This document shows positions 11,586-22,563 of a stretch of 64,000 nt of DNA, piece by piece; positions within the stretch are counted from its first letter, which is position 1; each line of letters begins with the position of its first letter. Source of the stretch: Histomonas meleagridis 2922-C6/04-290x (Eukaryota; Protista; Parabasalia). The notes below the pieces were generated by a model that saw nothing but the letters and a program-made list of their open reading frames with translations, had not been told where the DNA came from and ran no database searches. The stretch spans positions 124,001-188,000 of the forward strand of contig JAANOX010000032.1 of the NCBI GenBank assembly GCA_020184695.1, in the 5' to 3' direction. Position numbers and translations under genes: made by a program.

Positions 11586-14375
11586 TCAAATAAGTTTTTG
11601 TTTTGGCAAGAACGAAAGGCTTTTTATTGGGGACTGTGAACTTCTACTTAAATTCGAGCCTCTGCTTCCTTTACTATAGTTAGATCCAATACTTTTTCTA
11701 CTTTGGCTACTTCTAACCGAACCATTTGGCGTAACGATTGTTGGAGATTTACTTTTCAAAGTTGGTGAGTTATGTTTGACGCCAACACCGATTTGCGCCA
11801 ATCCAATTTTCAGCTTTGGTTCAATTTCTTTATTACTTTCGGCCAATTTTAACAAATCGTTAATTGCGCCGTCGATCATTTCCTTCAAAGTTTTAATTTC
11901 TATTTCCTTCTCCAACAATGTTTCTGGGTATTTCTTATCCGACGGTACATTTAAGTTTCTTCTGTAATTTTCTTTTGATTTTTGTAGTGACAAATTTGCT
12001 CTGTTTAACTTTTCTTCCAAATCTTTTATTTTTTCTGCAATTTTATCTTTTTTCACTTTCATTTGATTAATTTCATTTTTTAATTGTTCGATTTTTGTTT
12101 GCTGTAATTTATAAGTATTTTCCATTGCTTCTTTTCCTTCCAACACATTATTTTCTTCTATTTTTCTAGAGTTCAATTTACTTTTTGCGTTTTTAATTTG
12201 TTCTTTTAAAGCATTTTTTTTCTCATTTTCATTTTTGTTATTATTATCTAAAGAAAATGAATTTCTAAATTGTGAATTTTGTCCATTTAATTTAATCATT
12301 GACTTTTCGAGTGATTTTAATTCCTTTAAAGCGATTTTAATTTGTTCTTCAAGTTCATTTCCTTTTTTATTAACTTCTTCTCTTTCTTTTGCGAATTTTA
12401 TTATGTGATAAGTTTGTGTTACTTCTTCTCCGTCAACTTTATATTTTCCCATAATGATATCATATTTCGATGTTAAAGTTTCTAATCTTTTTTTCCTTTC
12501 TTGTAATTCGATTGTATTTTTATGTCGGACTTCTTCTTCTGTTTTTAATTGTGTTCGTAATGTAATTAAATGGTTATTAATTTCGATGATTCTTTCTTCC
12601 ATTGATAAGTTCAATTGTTCTTTACGATTCTCTAATGATATAAGTTCATCATTTTTGACTTGAACTTGTTCATTTAATTTCTCCACTTGTAATCTTAATA
12701 AATTTAATTGTATTAATATGTTTTCTTTTTTTGTTTGCGATTTAGTTATTGATTTATTATATGATTCTTCATCAAGATTTAATTCATTTAATTTCGTCAT
12801 TAATTTATTATGCGTCTTTTCAAGTGTTTCTTTCTTTCGTATAATTTGTCGTAAGTCTAATTCTAATTGATTTAATTGTTGCGAAATCGTTTTCTCAGTT
12901 TCAAGTTTGTCATTTAATATCTTTGTGATTTGCTCGATCTTAGTGTTAAGTTCAAGTTTCTCTTCTTCTGTTCGTTCGCCTTCAATTCGAGCGATTTTTC
13001 GTTCCATTTGTTCCACTTGGAAATTAGAGTTATATAATAATTCCATTTGTTTTTGTGTCTCGTGATCGAATTCTTGGATTTTTTGCGCTAAGTTCTTCGC
13101 TCGTGTTTGTGAGCCTTGAATTTCAGCTAATAAATTCCTTTCTTTTTGGCGCGCATTATATACATCTTGTGTTAACTTCAAAAAAATCGTTTTCTCATTT
13201 TCAATTGATTTTTTGAGTTGTTTTAATTGTTCTTCTTCTTTTTTTAAGAAGTTGTTCATTAATGACGTTTGTTGATTAAGTTCTCCTGTTTGATCTTTTT
13301 GCGTTTGTAATGCATTTTCTGTATCTTTTAGTCGTTCGATGTATTTTTCTCGTTTTTGGATTTCTTCATTTGTTTTTGCTTTGTAATCTTCGATTTCAGT
13401 TGTGTAAGATCGATAATCACTTTCAAGTTTCTCTAATTGATGTCGTTGCGTTTCAACTGTTTCATTAAATTCGGTTAATGTTGAGGACTCTTTTTCATGT
13501 TGTTTATGTTTCAATATAACTTGATGATCATATAGATGTAATTGGCGCTCAAGTGCTTGATTTGCACTTTCGGATTTGTCTAAATTCTTTTTGTGCTCAG
13601 AGATAAGTTGATGAAGTTTATCGACTTCACTTTTGCGCGATTCAAAATTTTCAGTACTTTTTTCGATTGTGTTGTTGAGGTTTTGCATTTGTTGTAATGC
13701 AGTTTCCCATTGTGCTAATAGTTGTGTTCTTTCTTCATGTAGTTGACGGAATTGATCAGATGTAGTATCAAGTTCAATTTGTAATGAACGTGTTGTAGTA
13801 ACTTCTTGGGATAATTCGAGCTTCTTGGATTCAACAATGGACGTCGCTTTCTCTATTTCTAGTAAAAGTGAACTTATTCGATTTTCATCTTCTTTTTGAT
13901 AACGCTGTAAAACAAGAAAATCTTCTTCCTTTTGACGTGCAATAGTGGTCCATTGTTCAAGTTCTTGTTGATTAAGTTTGGATTCTTCTTGAAATTTACT
14001 GATTCGTTTTTGTGAAGCAATGGTTTTGGTTTGAACTTTGTCAATTTTAGACATGATATCTTGCGATTGTGCATTGATTTTAGATATATCAGAATTGATT
14101 TTTCCTCGTTCTCTTTCACATAATTGTTGAAGATGTTCTTCCTCTGTAACTTGAGATTCTTTGGCAACAAGAAGTTGTTGCGTAGATGATACTTCCATTT
14201 GAACATTTTTAAGATGATCAGTGAGGACTTTTACGCGTTCTTGTAATTCAGTACAATCATTTTTTAATTGATCAAGTTCACTTGCCTTTTTTTTAATGTC
14301 AGCATGTAATGTACGATTTTCCTCATTTGCAAAATCGGGAAGCTCATCATAGAGCTGAATTACAGAATCGCTCAT
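11586..14375 (-). CDS. CCDC39: Coiled-coil domain-containing protein 39 (axonemal 96-nm ruler component, FAP59 family)
   Basis: The 929-aa coiled coil has an N-terminus (FANEEN..., HLKNVQMEVSSTQQL..KE.Q...EEHLQQL.ERE) matching the CCDC39 pattern as I recall it. Confidence 0.8.
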   Translation of the reverse strand: MSDSVIQLYDELPDFANEENRTLHADIKKKASELDQLKNDCTELQERVKVLTDHLKNVQMEVSSTQQLLVAKESQVTEEEHLQQLCERERGKINSDISKINAQSQDIMSKIDKVQTKTIASQKRISKFQEESKLNQQELEQWTTIARQKEEDFLVLQRYQKEDENRISSLLLEIEKATSIVESKKLELSQEVTTTRSLQIELDTTSDQFRQLHEERTQLLAQWETALQQMQNLNNTIEKSTENFESRKSEVDKLHQLISEHKKNLDKSESANQALERQLHLYDHQVILKHKQHEKESSTLTEFNETVETQRHQLEKLESDYRSYTTEIEDYKAKTNEEIQKREKYIERLKDTENALQTQKDQTGELNQQTSLMNNFLKKEEEQLKQLKKSIENEKTIFLKLTQDVYNARQKERNLLAEIQGSQTRAKNLAQKIQEFDHETQKQMELLYNSNFQVEQMERKIARIEGERTEEEKLELNTKIEQITKILNDKLETEKTISQQLNQLELDLRQIIRKKETLEKTHNKLMTKLNELNLDEESYNKSITKSQTKKENILIQLNLLRLQVEKLNEQVQVKNDELISLENRKEQLNLSMEERIIEINNHLITLRTQLKTEEEVRHKNTIELQERKKRLETLTSKYDIIMGKYKVDGEEVTQTYHIIKFAKEREEVNKKGNELEEQIKIALKELKSLEKSMIKLNGQNSQFRNSFSLDNNNKNENEKKNALKEQIKNAKSKLNSRKIEENNVLEGKEAMENTYKLQQTKIEQLKNEINQMKVKKDKIAEKIKDLEEKLNRANLSLQKSKENYRRNLNVPSDKKYPETLLEKEIEIKTLKEMIDGAINDLLKLAESNKEIEPKLKIGLAQIGVGVKHNSPTLKSKSPTIVTPNGSVRSSQSRKSIGSNYSKGSRGSNLSRSSQSPIKSLSFLPKQKLI

Positions 14376-14728
14376 GAATAAGCTTTTCCCGAAATAACGA
14401 TTTTGTCACTTTCTAAAAAAAATTCATCTAATGAAATTAGGAATATATAATAGTTACACTCTCAGAGGAAAAAAATGCTGATGGCTAACTCAATATATAT
14501 AAAGAATTTCGACGTTTTTAATGAATCAAATAATTAATTAATCATTAACATAAGTTTAAATTAAAAAAATTATATTTAAATATTTACAACAGCAAAAATA
14601 AAAGTTATTCTGATGTATAAGCTCAAATTTGAGCTTTTAAAATATCCTTGAATAAAATCAAACTCATTCGTGAATGGCATTCTACGTGTAAATAATTCAA
14701 TAATTTTAACGTTTATTATACAACTTGG

Positions 14729-16471
14729 ATGTATCCAAAAAAAATATTTTTCCAGAAACCAATACGTTTCTATCATGGTAGAATTCCTTTTATTCTAGTT
14801 GACTTGGTTAAAATGCTTGAAAAAAACAATGCTATCACTGACAAAAATATTTCTTCAAATATGTATAGCATGAAAAAAATATTACAGTTAGAAAAGCTAT
14901 TGGATCAGGGAAGGGTAACCAATTGGGATCCTTTTATGGACAATTTAGTTCTATTTAATGCTTTAATTGATTATCTAAATATAATTACATTTAATAACCC
15001 AATTATTCCAGAAAACCTATCCACAAAACTTATTTCTGGGTATAAGTCATCATCTAATATGGTTAAATTCTTTAAAGTTGTTTTTATCAAATTATATCCA
15101 GGTTGTTTTCGAGTTCTTCAATACCTTTCTGAATTTCTCAGCAGGTTTGAATTTCCACCGAAGACTCATCTTTTCCAAATCTTTGGTAATTGTATTTTTG
15201 GCGAGACTATTTTTAATCAAAATCATCATGAAGCCGAACAAGTGTTCTTAATAATCTTAGAGAAGAACAAAGAAATTTTTGGTGGTTCTGTTCTTGGCCA
15301 CACGTCATTTTTAACAGATCGACAAATCGAAACATTAAAACGGAAAATCATCAAAGAAGAAATTCAAAGTAATTCAAAGCGTAAACATTCTTTTGACATT
15401 ACAGACACCACTGAAATATTAAACTTTGGTAAACCTTCATGGAATATGGCCACAATTGGATCTCGACGGTCATCGACTCCTATTGACGATTTATTTTTTG
15501 GAAGTTCCACATCATCATCATCAATTTCCGAAGATGAAGTCCATACAACGCGACCAATTCCATTACCTAAAAGTTCATCTTCAGCGCAATACACAAATCT
15601 TCGCAAATATAAGCGCAAAAGTATTACGGCGACAAGTTCATTAACAGGAATGCGAACACTTAAACAATCGTCTGATATAAAAACGAGTTCAGTTTCATCG
15701 ACTGACTTTTTCTTTCCGACGAATTTATATTTAGAGCAAACGCCAGTTGATTTAATTGTTGATATTCAACCAATTAATAAGCCTAAACTTATTATCAATG
15801 AACCGATTGTTGTTATTGATATTCCATTAGAAAAAGATGATGAAGAAACAGAAGAAAAATTAGAAGAAGAACAAAATGAACCAAATGAAAATGAAAATAA
15901 TAATGAACGATTAACAGTCACATTCCAAAACATCGAAAAACTTAATAAAAACATTAAAATAACGAACAAAGGAAGATATAAGAAAAGGCAGTCTTCAATG
16001 TATATATCTTTACCAACGACATCAAGAATTGTCTTAGGAAATAGTTCGATATTTAATGTTACGCCACCAGAAACATCGAAAACTTCCAAAGAAAAAATGT
16101 CATCGAAATTAAAGACATTATATGTAAAAGAACTTGAAGAAAAGTTCGAGCCAAAAGAGAATTGTTATAAAGATAAAATTTATGATCCAAATGAACTTAA
16201 GAATTTACATCGGAAAGAAGTAAAAATCGCTGCGAAAAGAAGATTACCAACAATTAAAAAACTTTCAACAGAACTTGTGAAAATAGTTGACGTTATGAAT
16301 GGAATACAAAGTGACGATTTGTTACAGGATTCACGAAAAAGAGTTTCGTCAATGCCATCGAATATAAATGAACAAAACGATGAAAGTAAACGTAAAAAAC
16401 ATAAACATCATACAGGAAGAAGAAAAACAAAGTCCGTTAAAGAAGAACAACAGAAAAAACTTTCAGAATAA
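14729..16471 (+). CDS. Divergent RhoGAP-domain protein with Ser-rich/charged disordered tail
   Basis: The N-terminus IPFILVDLVKML...NPIIP...L+YL.EFL follows the RhoGAP helical pattern. There is no Arg at the GIFR-equivalent position. Confidence 0.55.
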   Translation: MYPKKIFFQKPIRFYHGRIPFILVDLVKMLEKNNAITDKNISSNMYSMKKILQLEKLLDQGRVTNWDPFMDNLVLFNALIDYLNIITFNNPIIPENLSTKLISGYKSSSNMVKFFKVVFIKLYPGCFRVLQYLSEFLSRFEFPPKTHLFQIFGNCIFGETIFNQNHHEAEQVFLIILEKNKEIFGGSVLGHTSFLTDRQIETLKRKIIKEEIQSNSKRKHSFDITDTTEILNFGKPSWNMATIGSRRSSTPIDDLFFGSSTSSSSISEDEVHTTRPIPLPKSSSSAQYTNLRKYKRKSITATSSLTGMRTLKQSSDIKTSSVSSTDFFFPTNLYLEQTPVDLIVDIQPINKPKLIINEPIVVIDIPLEKDDEETEEKLEEEQNEPNENENNNERLTVTFQNIEKLNKNIKITNKGRYKKRQSSMYISLPTTSRIVLGNSSIFNVTPPETSKTSKEKMSSKLKTLYVKELEEKFEPKENCYKDKIYDPNELKNLHRKEVKIAAKRRLPTIKKLSTELVKIVDVMNGIQSDDLLQDSRKRVSSMPSNINEQNDESKRKKHKHHTGRRKTKSVKEEQQKKLSE

Positions 16472-17129
16472 ATAAAATAAATGTATGATCTTTATTTCGT
16501 TTTGTTTTTACTTTTTTATACATAAAATAATAAGATATTTGTAATTGCTATCGGCAATTTATAATTATGAACACATATCAATTGATTGGTGCATTTTTTA
16601 ATGAGAAAAGAATATAAACGAATGAAGAAATAGAAGACAAAGATTAACATTTAAGAAAAAAAAAAAAAATGAAAATTTTATTGTAAAAAAGTTAAAGGAA
16701 ATTGAATCTATATTTGCAAAAGCAATAATGAAACAAATAATTCAATGTATATCAGATTGAGATCATTTTTACCATAAAATGTCTATCGCCTTCTATCGTA
16801 AATAACGTATTTTTACCGGGGGTATAGTTCAATCTACCCGAAGCTGATTTCCCAAAATAATTGATGCTGTGACCTAAGTGGTTATGATGATAATATTAGC
16901 TCAAAGTTAAATTTTATGATTCACAACAAAAGAATAATTATTTCATATATTTATACCTGAGTAATAAGTTTATAAAGAATTAGATATTGTATTTCCAAGT
17001 AACTTCTCAAGTCAAAAGATCACAACTGATGAAACATACTCTGTTACTCAAATTTTCATTATTAAATAATAATTTTTAAAACATTTTTCTAGAGGTAATT
17101 CACCTTGAAATTAGGATAATGGGCCCTTT

Positions 17130-18748
17130 TTAATTTAATAATTTAACTATTTCTGTATAATCATTTTCATATGCTAAAATAAGTGCTGTATAAAATATTT
17201 TAAATAATTTCCAAACATTATTTTCAAATATCAAATCAATCAAATAAATATCAAATAAAACAAATAAATTCTTTGAGCATTAATATCAATTCCTTCTTGT
17301 TCAAGAAGTAATTTAACTATTTCTGTACGACCATTTTCAGATGCATACATAAGTGCTGTATCAAATAATTTAAATAATTTCCAAATATTATTTTGAAACA
17401 GAAAATTATTAAAATAAATATCAAATAAAACAAATAAATATTTTTAGCATTAATATCAATTTCTTCTTGTTCAAGAAGTAATTTAACTATTTCTATATGA
17501 CCATTTTGAGATGCCCACATAAGTGCTGTTTGAAATATTTTAAATAATTTCCAAATATTATTTTGAAATATTAAATTATTTAAATAAATTTTAAATAAAA
17601 CAAATAAATACCTTTAGCATTAATATCAATTCCTTTTTGATCAAGAAGTAATTTAACTATTTCTGTATAACCATTATAAGATGCCCACATAAGTGCTCTA
17701 TTAAATAATTCAAATAATTTCCAAATATTATTTTGAAATATGAAATTATAAAAATAAAAATTAAATTAAATAAATAAATTCTTTGAGCATTAACATTAAT
17801 TCCTTTTTGTTCAAGAAGTAATTTAACTATTTCTATATGACCATTTCCAGATGCATACATAAATGCTGTTTGAAATAATTTAAATAATTTTGAAATAGAA
17901 AAGAATGAAAAATAAATTTTAAATAAAACAAATAAATTTTAAATAAAACAAATAAATTTTAAATAAAACAAATAAATACTTTGAGCATTATCATTAATTC
18001 CTTCTTGTTCAAGAAGTAATTTAACTATTTCTGTATAACCATTTGAAGATGCCCAAATAAGTGCTGTTTTAAATATTTGAAATAGTTTCCAAATATTATT
18101 TTGAAATATAAAATTATTAAAGGAAATCCTAAATAAAACAAAGAAATATCTTTGACATTAATATCAATTCCTTCTTGTTCAAGAAGTAATTTAACTATTT
18201 CTATATGACCATTATAAGATGCCCAAATAAGTGCTGTATTAAATATTTGAAATAATTTCCAAATATTATTTTTAAATATTAAATTATTTAAATAAATTTT
18301 AAATAAAACAAATAAATATCTTTAGCATTAATATCAATTTCTTCTTGTTCTAGAAGTAATTTAACTATTTCTGTTCTACCATTATAAGATGCCCAAATAA
18401 GTGCTGTTTCATATAATTTAGAAAATTTCCAAATATTATTTTGAAATATAAAATTATTAAAGGAAATCCTAAATAAAACAAATAAATATTTTTAGCATTA
18501 ATATCAATTCCTTCTTGTTCAAGAAGTAATTTAACTATTTCTGTATAACCTTTTAAAGATGCATGCATAAGTGCTGTTTGAAATAATTTAAATAATTTCC
18601 AAATATTATTTTTGAAACAGAAAATTATTAAAATAAATATCAAATAAAACAAATAAATATTTTTAGCATTAATATCAATTTCTTCTTGCTCAAGAAGTAA
18701 TTTAACGATTTCAAAGTGACCTTTTCGAGATGCTTCTACAATAGTTGG
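17130..18748 (-). repeat. Array of 10 ankyrin cassettes separated by frame-breaking spacers
   Basis: LLE-codon anchors at about 17131, 17301, 17471, 17641, 17811, 18009, 18179, 18349, 18519 and 18690 give seven intervals of 170, one of 198 and one of 171. Confidence 0.92.
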
Positions 18749-18813
18749 CACAAATAATTTAATTAATTTCCAAACATTATTTCAAAACATGAAATTATTT
18801 TATTAAATTTTAT

Positions 18814-19911
18814 TCATAAGTAATAAATAGATTTTGATGAGATACTAATTAATTTTTGTTCAAGTAAAAAGTTAAATATTTTAAAATTCATACTAGATAA
18901 TAAAAATTCAATAAGTTTTTCAGATTCATTAATTTTAACAATTTCATTATCATAAATATATTTAAAGATATCATTTTGATGAAACATAATTGCTGTTTCA
19001 TATGCACCTTCAAATGATGAATGATTTTGTTCACATAAATGAATGATTTCTTCATTTCCACCTGCAACTGCAAATTTACCTGCATTATATACTTTTGCAT
19101 TATTCATAAGTAAATATTTAAAACATTTAATTGATCCAAAGAATGCTGCATAATCAATTAATGAAACATGTTCTTTATTAATAAATGAACATCTTTCATA
19201 AAGTGATGGTTCAATTGTTTGATTAAAATTAAAATTTGTTTGTGATGATATTTCTTGAAGTTTTTCTATTTCATCATTTCGAATTATTGTCGCAATTTCA
19301 TTAGGATTATGTCCTTCTTTAATATATTTCTTATGAAGTTCCCAATCATTCTTTGATAGTGCTTCATAATTTTCAAAAAATATATAGTTGCCAAATGGAC
19401 GATTAAAAGAAGTACTTCTTTTTTCAAAGATTTTTTTCTTAAATTCTTCTATTTCTTGAAATGTTTTATGATGTAAAAAATACAATGATTCTTCTTTTTT
19501 TAAGGACAAAAGATCAATCAAATTTTCTTCAAACATTTTTTCAAGAAAATAATGTGATTCTTGTGAGTTAACATCAAGAAGAAAATCTTTAAGTCCATTC
19601 ATAAATTCAAAATTATTCATATTGATTTCTTTTTCTTTGTTTTCAATTTGTTTAATAAAATTTAAATATATCTTAAAATCTTTCTTTTGTGAAATAATTG
19701 ATGAATATATCATTCGTCTGAGAATAAAATTTGAATAAGATGATAATTCATTATTATTTAATATATTTAAAATTGTATCAATAGATTTAAAAATGTTATC
19801 TTCACTCAAATTAAAAATGATTTCTTCAAGAGATTCTAAATCTTGCATAAACTTGGGGATAGAGTAGTGTTGCATTAATGTTTTTGTTTCATCTTTATTA
19901 GTATTATTCAT
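18814..19911 (-). CDS. DUF3447-type ankyrin-family protein; the ORF stops inside the first 80-nt spacer of the array
   Basis: Motifs HNPNEIATIIRNDEIEKLQ, SLIDYAAFFGSIKCFKYL and AVAGGNEEIIHLCEQ. The first spacer, 18749-18828, is 80 nt. Confidence 0.85.
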   Translation of the reverse strand: MNNTNKDETKTLMQHYSIPKFMQDLESLEEIIFNLSEDNIFKSIDTILNILNNNELSSYSNFILRRMIYSSIISQKKDFKIYLNFIKQIENKEKEINMNNFEFMNGLKDFLLDVNSQESHYFLEKMFEENLIDLLSLKKEESLYFLHHKTFQEIEEFKKKIFEKRSTSFNRPFGNYIFFENYEALSKNDWELHKKYIKEGHNPNEIATIIRNDEIEKLQEISSQTNFNFNQTIEPSLYERCSFINKEHVSLIDYAAFFGSIKCFKYLLMNNAKVYNAGKFAVAGGNEEIIHLCEQNHSSFEGAYETAIMFHQNDIFKYIYDNEIVKINESEKLIEFLLSSMNFKIFNFLLEQKLISISSKSIYYL

Positions 19912-20045
19912 TAATGAAATATTAAAGTAATGTTAAAAGTATATGAAAAGACACTTTTATGTAAATATCGCAAAAAAAAAACTTAATAACAAATAAACGG
20001 CCTCATGTATTTGAATTTTTTACAAAAAATTATCTAATTCACAGG

Positions 20046-20603
20046 ATGACTAACAGAATCTTCACAAATTTTTATAAAAAATGGTGCGCAGATCGCACCA
20101 GAGAATTTGAAGAATCACCTTTTGCAAATTTCTTTTTAAAACACCCGAAACATTCAATTGAAAATGTAGATGATTATACAAAAGTTGTTAAAAATCCAAT
20201 ATGGCTACGAGAAATCTCAAAAAGGATAGCAAGGAGTTATTATTCCTGTGTAGATGAATGGGTAAATGATATGAAGAGTATATGGGAAAACGCATTTCTT
20301 TTTAATCCTCCTAATTCACCCGGATATGAGCATGCATTAATTCTAAAAAAAATGTTCGAGAAGAAGTGTCTTCCAATTCCAAATTCTTATGAAGAATATT
20401 ATAATCATCAATATACAAAATTAATGAGAAAGCTTTCAAATCTCATATCAAATCCACCAAAACAAATAGCAGAACTAAATTGGAATATACCGAAGTTCCA
20501 AGAAAATTCATCTGATCAAAGAGGGGAAAAGCTACAATTTGAAACAAAAAACATAAAAATTTCTGTTTCCGGTGAAATAAATAAACTATTTGCAAATGAA
20601 TAA
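20046..20603 (+). CDS. Bromodomain-containing protein
   Basis: DYTKVVKNPIWL..I..R...Y..VDEWVNDMKSIWENAFLFN, with the conserved Asn retained. Confidence 0.85.
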   Translation: MTNRIFTNFYKKWCADRTREFEESPFANFFLKHPKHSIENVDDYTKVVKNPIWLREISKRIARSYYSCVDEWVNDMKSIWENAFLFNPPNSPGYEHALILKKMFEKKCLPIPNSYEEYYNHQYTKLMRKLSNLISNPPKQIAELNWNIPKFQENSSDQRGEKLQFETKNIKISVSGEINKLFANE

Positions 20604-20854
20604 ACGCGATATATATGTAATGTAATTTTAATCTCACTATGATTTCACTACCTTTTTGATGATCTAGAAAAATTAAATTAAAAGTTTGTTTCTGAAAGGA
20701 TATTTCGTAATTTATTAAAAAAACTTAAAGGAGTCAAATGCTATATTTTAAAATAGGTACATCAGCGATACAATTTAACTTTTCTAGAATTTCAAATATA
20801 TATTAGTATACCATTAGATTTTTCAAAAACCCTAAGGGCACATCTTGTTGACAT

Positions 20855-21142
20855 CTAATATTCGTCAATATTTTTCTTTGGGTCTGCAAGTTCAACAGAT
20901 ATCTCAAGTCCATCTATATTTCCATGATCCATATTTGCAATAGCATTTAAAGCAGAGCCATGCGAGTCGTAGTGCACCAATGCTTTTCCTGTTGAGTGAC
21001 CCTTTATATAGCCAAGATCAATTGAGTGAATCTTTCCAAAATTAGAAAAAATTTCATCAACGTGTGCTGATCTTACGTTGAAAGAAAGACCACTTATTAA
21101 AACAGTTTTTGTCCAACTTTGAAAATCGGGATTTTCTTCCAT
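20855..21142 (-). CDS. Single-RRM RNA-binding protein (RNPS1-like)
   Basis: RNP2-like VLISGLS and RNP1-like KGHSTGKALVHY, followed by MDHGNIDGLEISV. Confidence 0.8.
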   Translation of the reverse strand: MEENPDFQSWTKTVLISGLSFNVRSAHVDEIFSNFGKIHSIDLGYIKGHSTGKALVHYDSHGSALNAIANMDHGNIDGLEISVELADPKKNIDEY

Positions 21143-21567
21143 AATAACCTGTATAACATTTTTGCCATTTTATTTTCAATACTTTTTATTATGCCATCAT
21201 TTTTGTTTAGGTAATAAGAAATCTTCTGTTCATTGTATAATAATATTTAAATATTATCAAGTAATTGTATAAATAATTATAAAAAAATATGTGTAATTTA
21301 TTTTAGGATAATATAGATTAAACAAATTTTTTAAAAAAGACATTTGTTTTATATTATGTATCATTTCGTTATGTAAAAATTAAGAATTATTAGAACATTA
21401 AATATCTCAAACTCTTTTGCAGCAACAAATTTTTAATGCGAGGATTATTCCAAATAATTAAACGTTTCCATTTTTGTTATATAACTTTTTTCTATAAATC
21501 ATACCATTAGAAGAAGTTTTAAGTCAAACAAATTTAAAAAACAAATACAATTTAAAACAACAAATTT

Positions 21568-22563
21568 TTATACATTTGAATTTGTCAATTTCATAATTTT
21601 ATCCAATTTAAACTTCGTTTTCATTGTAGCGTTACCTTTATCCAAATCTATTTCATAAACGATGCAATGTCCCGACTCTGTTACACAGCACATTAAATTT
21701 GTGTCATCTTCAACAAACGCCTGAAAACGATTTAACTGTATCATTTCGTTATCCCTTCGAATGTTCACCGAAATGTCAGCCTTTGGAATGAGCCAATTTC
21801 CTTCGTTTGAAGATTTGTCAATTTTACAAACATGTATAGTGCCATGGCTACTTGAAATACACAAAAAATTCGACAATGGAGAAAAAGAAAAATGAATAAT
21901 TGTCGCAGATGTCCATCCGCGACGACTTTCGTGTATAAATTTGCCGGTTTTGGCATCCCATAAACGTACAATTGTGCCATAATCTGATGCTGTGACAAGG
22001 TATTTGGCATCTTGTGAAAGAGCAAGGCATGAAATCTTGTTTTTATGCGCATCAATTATTATGGAATCATCAGATGATGGAATTGTAGATATGATAACTG
22101 ATGTAGGTTTGGATTCATCGGGATACGCATAAGTACAATGATTGTTATCTGTAGGAAGATTGATTATGGAAAATGTAGGAATCGGATTTGTAGTGGTAAT
22201 CGCTTGATAAACTGAAAATGGTTTGATTTTGACAATAGTAGTGGATGTTTTGATAACAACACTTGCAAAATTCCGAGTACATATAAGATTTGTGATATTA
22301 CTTTCAAAATCAAGACTATTTTCAATAGATGAAGTATGATGATTCCATAAAAGAAGGGTATTAGGACGAGATTCATCAACTACAAGAATAACATTTTGAA
22401 CTGGAAGAGAAAAAAATAAAACGGTAAATGGAAAAGTATATGAAGATTCAACCTGAACTGTTCCTGCTTTAAAGAAGAATAGTTTATTATCTTGCCGTAA
22501 TCCGATTTTTGACTCACCTGGAAATAGTATACATTGCGGGGGTGCTTCGTTTGTTTCTTGCAT
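21568..22563 (-). CDS. ATG18: PROPPIN/WIPI-family WD40 protein (Atg18-like)
   Basis: IDAHKNKISCLALSQD...TASDYGTIVRLWD...SRRG, a variant of the F/LRRG phosphoinositide-binding motif, plus SSSHGTIHV. Confidence 0.8.
   Translation of the reverse strand: MQETNEAPPQCILFPGESKIGLRQDNKLFFFKAGTVQVESSYTFPFTVLFFSLPVQNVILVVDESRPNTLLLWNHHTSSIENSLDFESNITNLICTRNFASVVIKTSTTIVKIKPFSVYQAITTTNPIPTFSIINLPTDNNHCTYAYPDESKPTSVIISTIPSSDDSIIIDAHKNKISCLALSQDAKYLVTASDYGTIVRLWDAKTGKFIHESRRGWTSATIIHFSFSPLSNFLCISSSHGTIHVCKIDKSSNEGNWLIPKADISVNIRRDNEMIQLNRFQAFVEDDTNLMCCVTESGHCIVYEIDLDKGNATMKTKFKLDKIMKLTNSNV

Noticed and set aside
17130-18748. Repeat-spacer periodicity as a CRISPR array
   Set aside because: The conserved part is 90 nt of ankyrin coding sequence, the spacers are homologous to each other, there are no cas genes, and the context is eukaryotic.
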